Positions 1-8,351 are shown, counted from the stretch's first letter. The stretch is DNA of 22,212 bases from Promethearchaeota archaeon (GCA_016926735.1 JAFGOA010000068.1:1-22212); one strand, 5' to 3'. Numbers and translations: made by a program. The notes: generated by a model not told the origin, from the letters alone.

Positions 1-123
1 GAATTATAAAATTTAAAATAATTTATAAATATAATAAAAAAAACAACAATATATTAGTTAAAAAAAAGACTTTTAGTTATGAATTATAATTTTTTAGAAT
101 TTTAAATAATCATCCTTTACCAT

Positions 124-1032
124 TTAAAGATTATAAGTAATTCCTGTTAGTTTTTCAGAAATATCCCATAATTTAATAGCATCTTCTTCGTTATATGACT
201 TTTTACTTGATTTGACTTTTTTAGGATATCCTTTCCAGCCAAATGTTCCATCTGGACCATAATAAGCTCCACCTTCAACGTCAGTAGAAGTAGCTGCATA
301 AAGCATAGGCAAAGCACCCATTTCTGCTTTTTGAGATAGAAATTTTAAAGTTCTAAATAAAGCAGTATATCTTTGGAGATTTGTCCTTGACCATCCAGGA
401 TGACATGCTATACTTAATACATCACTATTTTTCGCACTTATGCGTCTTTGAAGTTCATATGCAAATAATAAATTTGCTAATTTACTTTGAGCATATGATT
501 TTCTTTTTTTATATTTTGTCTCCCAATTTAAATCATTAAAATTAATTTTACCCATAGAATGGACAAAACTACTCTGTGTAACAATACGAGAATTCTTAGT
601 TTTCATTAACTTATCTAATAATAATCCAGTTAGTGCAAAATGACCTAAATGATTTGTACCAAATTGTAATTCAAATCCATCAACAGTTTTTTGATAAGGA
701 GGCATCATTACACCTGCATTGTTACATAAAATATGTAATGATTGATTTTTTTTTAAAAAATCTTCAGTAAATTTCTTAATAGAACCTAAATTTGAAAGAT
801 CCAATTGCATTATTTCAATAGAAACATTATTATTTTCTAATAAAATTTGATTATAAGCCTCATTAGCTTTCTCGAGATTTCTGCATGCCATTATAATATG
901 AGCTCCTTTCGAAGCTAAGATTCTACTTACCTCATAACCTATTCCACTATTTGCTCCTGTAACTATAACAGTTTTTTCAGATTGGTTAGGAATATCATTA
1001 GAAGTCCATTTTTTTTCACTCATAGTATTCAT
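124..1032 (-). CDS. Short-chain dehydrogenase/reductase (retinol dehydrogenase/WWOX-like classical SDR)
   Basis: Rossmann motif TGANSGIG, NNAG, GFELQFGTNHLGHF, catalytic YAQSK (YxxxK), CHPGW. The start may be the second Met at 1023. Confidence 0.93.
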   Translation of the reverse strand: MNTMSEKKWTSNDIPNQSEKTVIVTGANSGIGYEVSRILASKGAHIIMACRNLEKANEAYNQILLENNNVSIEIMQLDLSNLGSIKKFTEDFLKKNQSLHILCNNAGVMMPPYQKTVDGFELQFGTNHLGHFALTGLLLDKLMKTKNSRIVTQSSFVHSMGKINFNDLNWETKYKKRKSYAQSKLANLLFAYELQRRISAKNSDVLSIACHPGWSRTNLQRYTALFRTLKFLSQKAEMGALPMLYAATSTDVEGGAYYGPDGTFGWKGYPKKVKSSKKSYNEEDAIKLWDISEKLTGITYNL

Positions 1033-1175
1033 ACCATAATCAATTTATTATAATAATAACATTAAAATTAAGAATCATTGAATAATTTTTTTTTTAGCAA
1101 TTATTGGACTAATTTAATATTTTATATTCTTCTAAATGAGATTATTATAAAGAGAAAAAAAACTTAAAAACAAAA

Positions 1176-2720
1176 ATGGATAATACATATTTAGAGTACC
1201 AATCATCAAGAATAAGCGATATAGGAAGAAAATCAATACTAACAAAATCTAAAATAAAAAAGACTAATACATCTAAATTGGTATTTCAATTAAAGATGTG
1301 GAATCTCTTAAATAAATTACCGCTTTCTATAATTCTTCATAAATTTAATAAAAATTGTTTTTACTGTAAGCGTAGTTATGCTGAAACAATTATTGATTAT
1401 TATATTTCAAAAAAAATAGAATGTAAGAAATGCAGATTTGCTGCAAAGTTTAAATATCCCCTTGTATCATTTATTTTTCAATTAATCTCTAAAGGTCTTG
1501 GTATGCCAAGCGACTCTTTTAAAAAAATAATCAGAGAGAATAAACCTTTAAAAAGATTGATTTTAAATTATATGGAAGGTCTTGGAAGATATGGATTAAC
1601 AATTCCACAAATTCCTGGAGGACCAATAGTTACGTTATGGTCTATCACAGATAAATGTAATTTGAGATGTAAACATTGTTTTGTTCATCAAAATCAAATA
1701 AAGGATGAAATAAGTTTTTTTGATGCTTGCAAAGTAATTAATCAATTATATGAAGCAAAAAACTTTTCTTTAGGATTTTCAGGAGGAGAAGCATTACTAA
1801 AAAAAGATATTTTTAAGATAATGAAATATGCCTCTGATAAAGGAATGCATATCGCTCTTGCTTCCAACGGAACATTGATTACTAAAGAAGTTGCTTATAA
1901 AATAAAAGAAGCGGGTGTTAAATATGTTCAAATAAGTATTGATGGATTAGAAGAGGTACATAATCAAATCAGAGGAAAAGGAGTTTTTAAAAAAGCAATA
2001 AGAGGTATTAAAAATTGTCTTGAAGTTGGATTATATGTCAGTATGGACGTTGTAATTACCAAACTGAATTTAAATCAACTTGAAGACTTAATAAAATTAG
2101 CAAAATCTTTGAAAGTCCCTAAATTTGAAATCCTTGATTTTATTCCTTCTGGAAAAGCCTCCAAACATGCAAATATTGCATTGAGTCCATTAGAAATTGA
2201 ACATTTAGGATTAAAATTATGCAGATCATGGGAAAAATTAATTGAATCTGATTATCCCTTCTCTTTATCATATAAAAACCCTCATTTCGCGAGAATTGTA
2301 TCTCAAAATATTCCAAATTTACAACTTATGCCCTTTTTTAAAGGTTTATTTCCTAAAAATGCTTTAAAATTCTTTAATTTTTCAAAGAGGCTTTCCAAAG
2401 GAATTCATGATGATCAATCTCCATTTGGACCCTTTATGACGGGATGTGAACCGGGATTTTATGTAATTCATATTGACCCATCACTGAATATAAATCCATG
2501 TCCATTTAATCCTATCTATTTAGGAAATCTTAAAAAAAATCATATTAAGGATATATGGGATAAATCTTCTGTTTTAAATACTTATAGAAAATTGAAATTT
2601 GATAAGAAATGTGGAAAATGTATGTATAAGATAGTATGTGGAGGATGTCGAGCAAAAGCATATCTTGCATTTAATACACATTCAGCACCAGATCCTTCTT
2701 GTATTTTAAATTGCAGATAA
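1176..2720 (+). CDS. Radical SAM protein with C-terminal SPASM domain and long N-terminal extension (possible GMGT synthase-like family)
   Basis: CNLRCKHC (CxxxCxxC), SGGE, SNGT, QISIDG; SPASM cysteines GCEPG..PC..CGKC..VCGGCRAKA..DPSC. The N-terminal extension carries CFYC and CKKC. The subfamily call is inference. Confidence 0.9.
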   Translation: MDNTYLEYQSSRISDIGRKSILTKSKIKKTNTSKLVFQLKMWNLLNKLPLSIILHKFNKNCFYCKRSYAETIIDYYISKKIECKKCRFAAKFKYPLVSFIFQLISKGLGMPSDSFKKIIRENKPLKRLILNYMEGLGRYGLTIPQIPGGPIVTLWSITDKCNLRCKHCFVHQNQIKDEISFFDACKVINQLYEAKNFSLGFSGGEALLKKDIFKIMKYASDKGMHIALASNGTLITKEVAYKIKEAGVKYVQISIDGLEEVHNQIRGKGVFKKAIRGIKNCLEVGLYVSMDVVITKLNLNQLEDLIKLAKSLKVPKFEILDFIPSGKASKHANIALSPLEIEHLGLKLCRSWEKLIESDYPFSLSYKNPHFARIVSQNIPNLQLMPFFKGLFPKNALKFFNFSKRLSKGIHDDQSPFGPFMTGCEPGFYVIHIDPSLNINPCPFNPIYLGNLKKNHIKDIWDKSSVLNTYRKLKFDKKCGKCMYKIVCGGCRAKAYLAFNTHSAPDPSCILNCR

Positions 2721-2875
2721 ATTAATCTATTTAAATCATCAATTTTTTAATTTTATGTTTTAAAATAAAAAAAATCATATATTCTTAAGAAAATTTTTTA
2801 AGAAGAAGTAAATTCCATATAGTAATTGTAAACATAATTAGATATCATCCGGTATAAGTTAATTAGTGTTTTTAA

Positions 2876-3367
2876 ATGAAGTTAGAAAAAGAATTGTCCA
2901 TTTCTCATATGAAGAAATTAAAATTATTACTATATTTATCAATAATTATATCTATAATTGGAATTGTTTTCTATTTTATTGTAGTTTATCTTCAATATTA
3001 TAATGAGGATATTTTTAACTTATTTTTTATTGAAGTAAGTTTAGGTAATTATTCTAATTGGCTTCAATATTTTGCATTATTAATTGTTTTTACTGGTCTC
3101 ATTCTCTCTGAATTAGTATATATATTATTCTATATCTTCAAAAAAGTGATATATACTACACTTGAACTAAATATAAAAAAAATAATTTTTATTTTGTGTC
3201 TATATCTAGGAAATATTCTATTATTCTATTATATGATTATATCTTATGTTTTTTATCTTTATATTCCAACACCAATTCCATCATATGTCTATATTTTTAC
3301 GTTAGTCTCTAATCTTGTTTTTATTTTAATTATTTATGTTATTTGTCTAATTTTAATTAGTAAATAA
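2876..3367 (+). CDS. Hypothetical integral membrane protein (about 4 TM helices)
   Basis: 163-aa ORF with four long hydrophobic stretches that fills the gap between two genes; no motif recognised. Confidence 0.6.
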   Translation: MKLEKELSISHMKKLKLLLYLSIIISIIGIVFYFIVVYLQYYNEDIFNLFFIEVSLGNYSNWLQYFALLIVFTGLILSELVYILFYIFKKVIYTTLELNIKKIIFILCLYLGNILLFYYMIISYVFYLYIPTPIPSYVYIFTLVSNLVFILIIYVICLILISK

Positions 3368-3399
3368 TTATATCTTTTTTGATAATTAGGAAAATTCTT

Positions 3400-4293
3400 T
3401 TATTTAAAATCTAAATTTCTCTTGGTCCTATTATTTGGATTAGCATAACAATAAAGACAACTATGATAACATATCCAATCTTTTCCATAGCCTCCAATAT
3501 CTTTACTTTTAGTACAACCACAATATTCTCTCTGACCTGGATCTTTAGCTGTAGATAAAGGGATATTCCATAATTTTGATAGAAAATTTCCATCAACACA
3601 ATGAGCTTGTTGTATACCATCAATTTTTAATAAATTTGGATTACAACAAGCAAATAAAGTTATATTATATTTTTTTGCAATTTTAACAAGCTCTTCCGTT
3701 ATTTTTTTCATCTCCTTATCGCTTATTTTATAATAATTAAGTGAAAATCTTTTGAATCTATTTTCTACTTTCCTATAATAAGTAGCGAATGAAATAGTAC
3801 ATTTAGTGATTCCAAAATTAGAAAATTGGTAAACAATTTCTTTGAAATCTTTAAGATTATTTAACAATATATTATTACTTCGGTAAAACACAATTGGATC
3901 AAATCTCCACATAATATGATCAGGAGAACTAATTTCAATCATTTCCTTCAATTGAGAAATACTTTCTTGAAGAGAAGGTGTATTTGGTTCTAAAATCCTA
4001 TCTACAGAATTTCTTGTAAATTGAAAATATACAGGAATTATCCTTTGTGAACTAAATAGGGTATTTTGAGAATAATTTAATAGTATTTCCCATTTATTCA
4101 AAAAAGGCTTAAAATTTTTTGACCATAATACAAATCCAGCAATATCATTTGGTTTAAGAGACACTGTATACACTTTTTTATTATATGGATTTTGAACATT
4201 TATATACTCTTTTTCAATCGCATCTTGAAATTTATCCATATAAAAAGCAGGTCCATCAGTTCTACGACTGAAACTAATAATTTGCTTATTCAT
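3400..4293 (-). CDS. DUF1848 family protein (C-terminal radical-SAM-like Cys cluster)
   Basis: N-terminal IISFSRRTDGPAFY, LWSKN, WRFDPI, and C-terminal KDPGQREYCGC..DIG..CYHSCLYCYAN, all typical of DUF1848. Confidence 0.9.
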   Translation of the reverse strand: MNKQIISFSRRTDGPAFYMDKFQDAIEKEYINVQNPYNKKVYTVSLKPNDIAGFVLWSKNFKPFLNKWEILLNYSQNTLFSSQRIIPVYFQFTRNSVDRILEPNTPSLQESISQLKEMIEISSPDHIMWRFDPIVFYRSNNILLNNLKDFKEIVYQFSNFGITKCTISFATYYRKVENRFKRFSLNYYKISDKEMKKITEELVKIAKKYNITLFACCNPNLLKIDGIQQAHCVDGNFLSKLWNIPLSTAKDPGQREYCGCTKSKDIGGYGKDWICYHSCLYCYANPNNRTKRNLDFK

Positions 4294-4318
4294 TTTAAAT
4301 TTTAATTATACATATCTA

Positions 4319-6052
4319 CTATAATAATCTTATTAGTGACCCAAATCCATATAATGTAGTAAGTGCTGAGCAAAAAAAGATTTGGATTATTATAAATGAA
4401 CTTATTAAAACTGAACTAATTTTACCAGTTTTATTATAAATTAAAGAGTTCATTAACATTACAACGAGACTTATAAGAAAAGCTGCCATAAAAGCAACTA
4501 TAAGAAATAATCCATAAGCTAAAAACATTAAAATAAGCATATGTATAATACCCATAGCGTTGACAATTACTAATTTAATGGCTGAAGATTTTATAAAATT
4601 TAACCTATCAAATACTACTTTTCTATAATATAATTCAAATACCAAATAAAAAGGATAAACACCATATGCCAATATAAAGGATATTATATTGTTAGGGGAA
4701 AAATAGGCAAATGGAAATGAAATAGAAAATGAGAAATATAAAATTAAAAAAATAGTAACTGAAATTATAGGATAAAGAATAACATTCTTTTCGAAGTGAG
4801 AAGATATTATATGTTTCAAATTTAATTTCGAAAAGTAATTTTTTTTTTTCCCATTTGATTTAACCCTTCCAATAATATAATTAATAGAACTTAGAACAAA
4901 AATTAATAATATTATCGCTACGGGTGCAATAAAAAGACCAGGTATTCCAAGTTCTCTAATAAAAAACACCCAAATCATTATAAATAAAATATATGATGTT
5001 AATATCGTAAATGAATTTTGAATACCATGAACAATTCTGTTATGCTTGCTTTCTTTTAATATTGTTGATTCTTCTTTTTCTATCTTAAAATATTGAGACA
5101 TTTTAATCATTACAGCAATGGTAACTAAAAATATTGAAAATAATGTTAAAAATAACAATACATAAACTTGAAGGTAAGTTAAAGATATAGGACCATTAAT
5201 TGAATCAGAACTAAAAAAAGATATTTCGAACCAATTTATTGTTTTTATTAAAACTTCATCTGCTAAAAGGAAGTGCGGACCACCTAAGATATGATATGTA
5301 ATATTTAACAATGTACAGTTGGTTAAATTATGAGCAACCAAAGCATTTTTTTTATATGGTACAGTATTATCATAAATCGAATGAATTACTAAAAGATTTT
5401 GAGGATTGGTTGAATTTATTATTTTTGCAGGTATATAGCTCATAAATAGATTACTTTCACTTATTCCTAATAATTGTGCTGAAAAGTTGACTACACCTGC
5501 CCAGGTTACTGTTGCTTTAAATCTATTATCTAATGCACTTGTCATCAAAGCAACCATTCCTCCAAATGAATGCCCAATAATTCCAATTTGAGAATTATTA
5601 ATTCTATTATACTCAGGAAGAGTTTCTATTTTATCTAATAATCTCGAACAATCTTGAGCAATGGCAGGTACATTTGTTCGGTTCTGATACTCATTATAAT
5701 TGATATCCAATAGTTCACCAGTACTTTCACCACTCCCTCTATAATCAACACTAACAACAAAAAATCCTCTTTTGGTTAGTTCTAAAGGAATTCTAGGATC
5801 CAAATCTTTTTGGCTACCAAGTCCATGAAGGAAAAAAATTAAAGGGTGTTGTTCTTGAAAATCCAAACTCTTCTTTGGAATATATAAATTAGCGTTTATA
5901 GTAGCTCCAGATGAGGAACATTGTATTTTTTTATAATTTATATAACTATTAAATCTATGATAGTATGAAAAACTAATGGAAAATATAAGTAGAAATATTG
6001 AGAAGATTAAAAAAAGATTTTTTCTTTTAGAATGATTATTTTTATTATTCAA
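4319..6052 (-). CDS. Membrane-anchored alpha/beta-hydrolase (S9-like serine hydrolase) fused to a multi-pass C-terminal membrane domain
   Basis: N-terminal hydrophobic anchor, HGLG oxyanion region, DYRGSGES, nucleophile elbow GHSFGG, candidate Asp (DNTV) and His (GGPH); about 7-8 hydrophobic helices after residue ~290. TTG start is uncertain. Confidence 0.8.
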   Translation of the reverse strand: MNNKNNHSKRKNLFLIFSIFLLIFSISFSYYHRFNSYINYKKIQCSSSGATINANLYIPKKSLDFQEQHPLIFFLHGLGSQKDLDPRIPLELTKRGFFVVSVDYRGSGESTGELLDINYNEYQNRTNVPAIAQDCSRLLDKIETLPEYNRINNSQIGIIGHSFGGMVALMTSALDNRFKATVTWAGVVNFSAQLLGISESNLFMSYIPAKIINSTNPQNLLVIHSIYDNTVPYKKNALVAHNLTNCTLLNITYHILGGPHFLLADEVLIKTINWFEISFFSSDSINGPISLTYLQVYVLLFLTLFSIFLVTIAVMIKMSQYFKIEKEESTILKESKHNRIVHGIQNSFTILTSYILFIMIWVFFIRELGIPGLFIAPVAIILLIFVLSSINYIIGRVKSNGKKKNYFSKLNLKHIISSHFEKNVILYPIISVTIFLILYFSFSISFPFAYFSPNNIISFILAYGVYPFYLVFELYYRKVVFDRLNFIKSSAIKLVIVNAMGIIHMLILMFLAYGLFLIVAFMAAFLISLVVMLMNSLIYNKTGKISSVLISSFIIIQIFFCSALTTLYGFGSLIRLL

Positions 6053-6136
6053 AATGATTCTATTATCCTTTATGTTCCTTTATTTTATAGTATTATAGAT
6101 ATTTGTTAAATCTAATTATTTTTATTATTGTACTTT

Positions 6137-6382
6137 TTATTTTAAATCTCTCTCGGGATTTAGATCAATATTTTTGAAAATTTCTTCTATTTTATCAATA
6201 CTAATTAGATTTGTTTGATATAATTCCCGAATGAATTTATATGCAGCACATTCATATTCTTTTTCCCAATATTCTTGATCTTCATGATAAAAATTGCATT
6301 TATGACAAATAGTGTTTATTAATTGTCTATTTAATGGACTTATATCATCTTCATTTCTTATAATTTCATGTTCCTTAACCAA
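6137..6382 (-). CDS. Small Cys-containing hypothetical protein (CxxC-FY...EC motif), likely accessory to the upstream radical SAM enzyme
   Basis: 81 aa with TTG start preceded by GAGGT (gaggtatgaaaaTTG); motif ICHKCNFY..ECAAY; 43 bp downstream of the radical SAM gene on the same strand. Confidence 0.7.
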   Translation of the reverse strand: MVKEHEIIRNEDDISPLNRQLINTICHKCNFYHEDQEYWEKEYECAAYKFIRELYQTNLISIDKIEEIFKNIDLNPERDLK

Positions 6383-6425
6383 TTTTCATACCTCTTTAAT
6401 AGGAATTATTAATTGATAATATTTA

Positions 6426-7703
6426 TTATTTAATTATTTTTCCAAATTGATAACACTTAAAAGAATCTATTCCTTTTATACTATTCGTTTGTTTATAAGC
6501 TCTATATCTGCATCCTCCCCTACAATTATCAAGATATTCACATTCTATTTCAGCACATTTAAGTTCTTTAATATTCCAATTTAATTCCTTTTGAATGATT
6601 TCCCAAGCGTTTTTAAGATTAAGATCAAATACATTTCCTAAATTATATTCTGAAAAAAAACCACACTTAGTTATTTTTCCTTTTACATCAATAGCCATCA
6701 TATATGGACCACATGCATAATTTATTTCTTCTCCTTCTGAAGAAGATTCATAAATTACCCCCCATCCATAATTTTTAAGTATTTCACCCCCATCTTTAAA
6801 AGATATTTCATATTTTTCTCTGATATCTTTTGGAGTTTTATCATCGAATGTAGGAATATCGATTGACCAATTCTTAACTGTTCCAAGTGAAGTTATTAAT
6901 TTATAAATTTCATCAAACTCGCCCAGATTTTGTTTATGAATCATAGTGTTTATAGAAACACTGATGTTATTATCCATAAGGATTTTTATTCCTTTGATTG
7001 TATCTCGAAAACAATCTGAATTCCTAAAATCATTATGAGTACTTTCTAAACCATCAATACTTACAAATACTTCGAAATAATTTTCTTTCAAAAGGTCTAA
7101 AATTATTTGATCTTGTTCGTGGATAAGAGTACCATTAGTTAAAAGTACTTTTTGAAGAGGAAGATCTTTTAATTCTTCTAATAGATTCTTAAGTTTAGAG
7201 TATAGAAAAGGTTCTCCTCCGGTTAAAATAATCTTAATACCTTGTAATTCATAAAATTCTTTTATTAATTTAAATAAAACCTCCAATTCCATATTAATCG
7301 GATTTTTATCAGTTATATAACAATGTTTGCAAGTTAAATTACACTTTTCTGTAATATTTATCATTATATTCTTGAGATAAGGAGGATTTAAAGGATTTTT
7401 TTTTGGCAAGGTTATATGTTCATTAGTTATTATAGAAGGATCAGTTATCATTGTAGAATAAAATTGAATAACACCTATTTCATTATATTTTTCAAGTGCC
7501 TTTTTAATTTCAGATTCCTTATTTGAAGGGAATGAATTAATAATTTCTCTATTAGTTTTTTTTCCATTAATCAAGGATAATAAAGCATATGCCTCGTTAT
7601 CGATGATATATGACTCATCATTTTTTAAATCGTATATATTATAATCTTTATATTTCCTTAAAACTATATTCTTAAGAACATAAGGGAATAGTTCTAAATT
7701 CAT
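6426..7703 (-). CDS. Radical SAM/SPASM peptide maturase candidate with N-terminal PqqD/RRE-like domain
   Basis: CNLTCKHC, TGGEP, TNGT, VSIDG; SPASM cysteines ACGP..TKC..CAEIEC..NCRGGCRYRA..KC. The N-terminal ~85 aa (IYDLKNDESYIIDNEAYALLSLINGKKTNREII..KKALEKYNEIGVI) show the beta-strands plus winged-helix pattern of PqqD/RRE domains. Confidence 0.88.
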   Translation of the reverse strand: MNLELFPYVLKNIVLRKYKDYNIYDLKNDESYIIDNEAYALLSLINGKKTNREIINSFPSNKESEIKKALEKYNEIGVIQFYSTMITDPSIITNEHITLPKKNPLNPPYLKNIMINITEKCNLTCKHCYITDKNPINMELEVLFKLIKEFYELQGIKIILTGGEPFLYSKLKNLLEELKDLPLQKVLLTNGTLIHEQDQIILDLLKENYFEVFVSIDGLESTHNDFRNSDCFRDTIKGIKILMDNNISVSINTMIHKQNLGEFDEIYKLITSLGTVKNWSIDIPTFDDKTPKDIREKYEISFKDGGEILKNYGWGVIYESSSEGEEINYACGPYMMAIDVKGKITKCGFFSEYNLGNVFDLNLKNAWEIIQKELNWNIKELKCAEIECEYLDNCRGGCRYRAYKQTNSIKGIDSFKCYQFGKIIK

Positions 7704-7722
7704 ATTTAAAGGTAAATTCTTG

Positions 7723-7733
7723 ATATATAAAAA
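7723..7733 (-). promoter_or_regulatory. Putative TATA box for the radical SAM gene (leaderless-type spacing)
   Basis: The minus strand reads TTTTTATATAT about 20-30 nt upstream of the ATG at 7703. Weak evidence given the AT-rich background. Confidence 0.3.
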
Positions 7734-7896
7734 TGTTATCTTAATTTATTAAAAGGATGATAAATATATATCTAAGACGTCAAGACATTTCTTTTATGAT
7801 TTTTAAAATCAATTTCAGTAAAATTAATTAGATTTATAAAGGGATAAGATTTAAATTTGAAAGATAATCATATTAGATTAATTATAAAAAGAAAGA

Positions 7897-8022
7897 TTAG
7901 TAAACACCTAATAAGTCCAATTCTAACAGTTCCTGATATCTTTTCTTAGAATTAGCTTTTTTATATTCTCTAAGTATTTCCCAATTATTTCTACTGATTT
8001 CTATATTTTTATTGTTTTTCAT
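7897..8022 (-). CDS. Small 41-aa basic protein, possibly ribbon-helix-helix-like
   Basis: MKNNKNIEISRNNWEILREYKKANSKKRYQELLELDLLGVY. The ATG at 8022 is preceded by AAAGTGATTGAA (GTGA RBS-like) and is preferred over the track's TTG start at 8088. Confidence 0.45.
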   Translation of the reverse strand: MKNNKNIEISRNNWEILREYKKANSKKRYQELLELDLLGVY

Positions 8023-8126
8023 TTCAATCACTTTTTTTTCCTTAATAGTAAAAAATGCCTTTATGAATATAATATTTTTATAGACCAATTTTTAAAGAAT
8101 TAGTAAAAGTAAAAATAATAGGATTT

Positions 8127-8134
8127 AAAAAAAA
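8127..8134 (-). terminator. Possible oligo-T terminator downstream of the Cys-rich peptide gene
   Basis: T8 run on the minus strand starting 24 nt after the stop codon. Such runs are common in this genome. Confidence 0.25.
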
Positions 8135-8157
8135 GATTATATAAAATTAATTATTAT

Positions 8158-8277
8158 TTAGCAACCGCCGCCACATTTGCAAATACAACCACCACCACAC
8201 TTGCAACTGTTTGAGATGCATCCTCCTCCACATTTACAAGCAGCACTGGTAGTTTTTTCTTTTTTTACAATTTTCAT
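8158..8277 (-). CDS. 39-aa Cys/Gly-rich peptide with three CKCGGGC repeats; candidate radical-SAM RiPP precursor (or metallothionein-like peptide)
   Basis: Hand translation: MKIVKKEKTTSAACKCGGGCISNSCKCGGGCICKCGGGC-stop(TAA). ATG preceded by GTGAATAAA. The repeat copies differ only at synonymous third positions, and the core is locally GC-rich in an AT-rich gap. Confidence 0.9.
   Translation of the reverse strand: MKIVKKEKTTSAACKCGGGCISNSCKCGGGCICKCGGGC
8161..8238 (-). repeat. Three 21-nt coding repeats of CKCGGGC (8218-8238, 8185-8205, 8161-8181)
   Basis: TGTAAATGTGGAGGAGGATGC / TGCAAGTGTGGTGGTGGTTGT / TGCAAATGTGGCGGCGGTTGC on the minus strand. Confidence 0.95.
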
Positions 8278-8351
8278 TTTATTCACATTAAAATTTTAGT
8301 GTGTTAATATTTAATTATTAGAATATATTTTTAAATTCTGCGCTTATTAGA

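Noticed and set aside
3411-3623. 70-aa ORF overlapping DUF1848 on the same strand
   Set aside because: Alternate-frame shadow inside a well-supported gene, with no motif.
8023-8088. TTG-started N-terminal extension of the 63-aa track ORF
   Set aside because: The internal ATG at 8022 has an RBS-like motif, and the extension looks like AT-rich promoter DNA.
8161-8238. GC-rich triplet runs (CCG/ACC/TCC) read as a microsatellite, CRISPR remnant, RNA gene or SPASM-domain fragment
   Set aside because: Fully explained by Gly-Gly-Gly codons in an intact ORF. There is no spacer structure, and the Cys spacing does not match SPASM.
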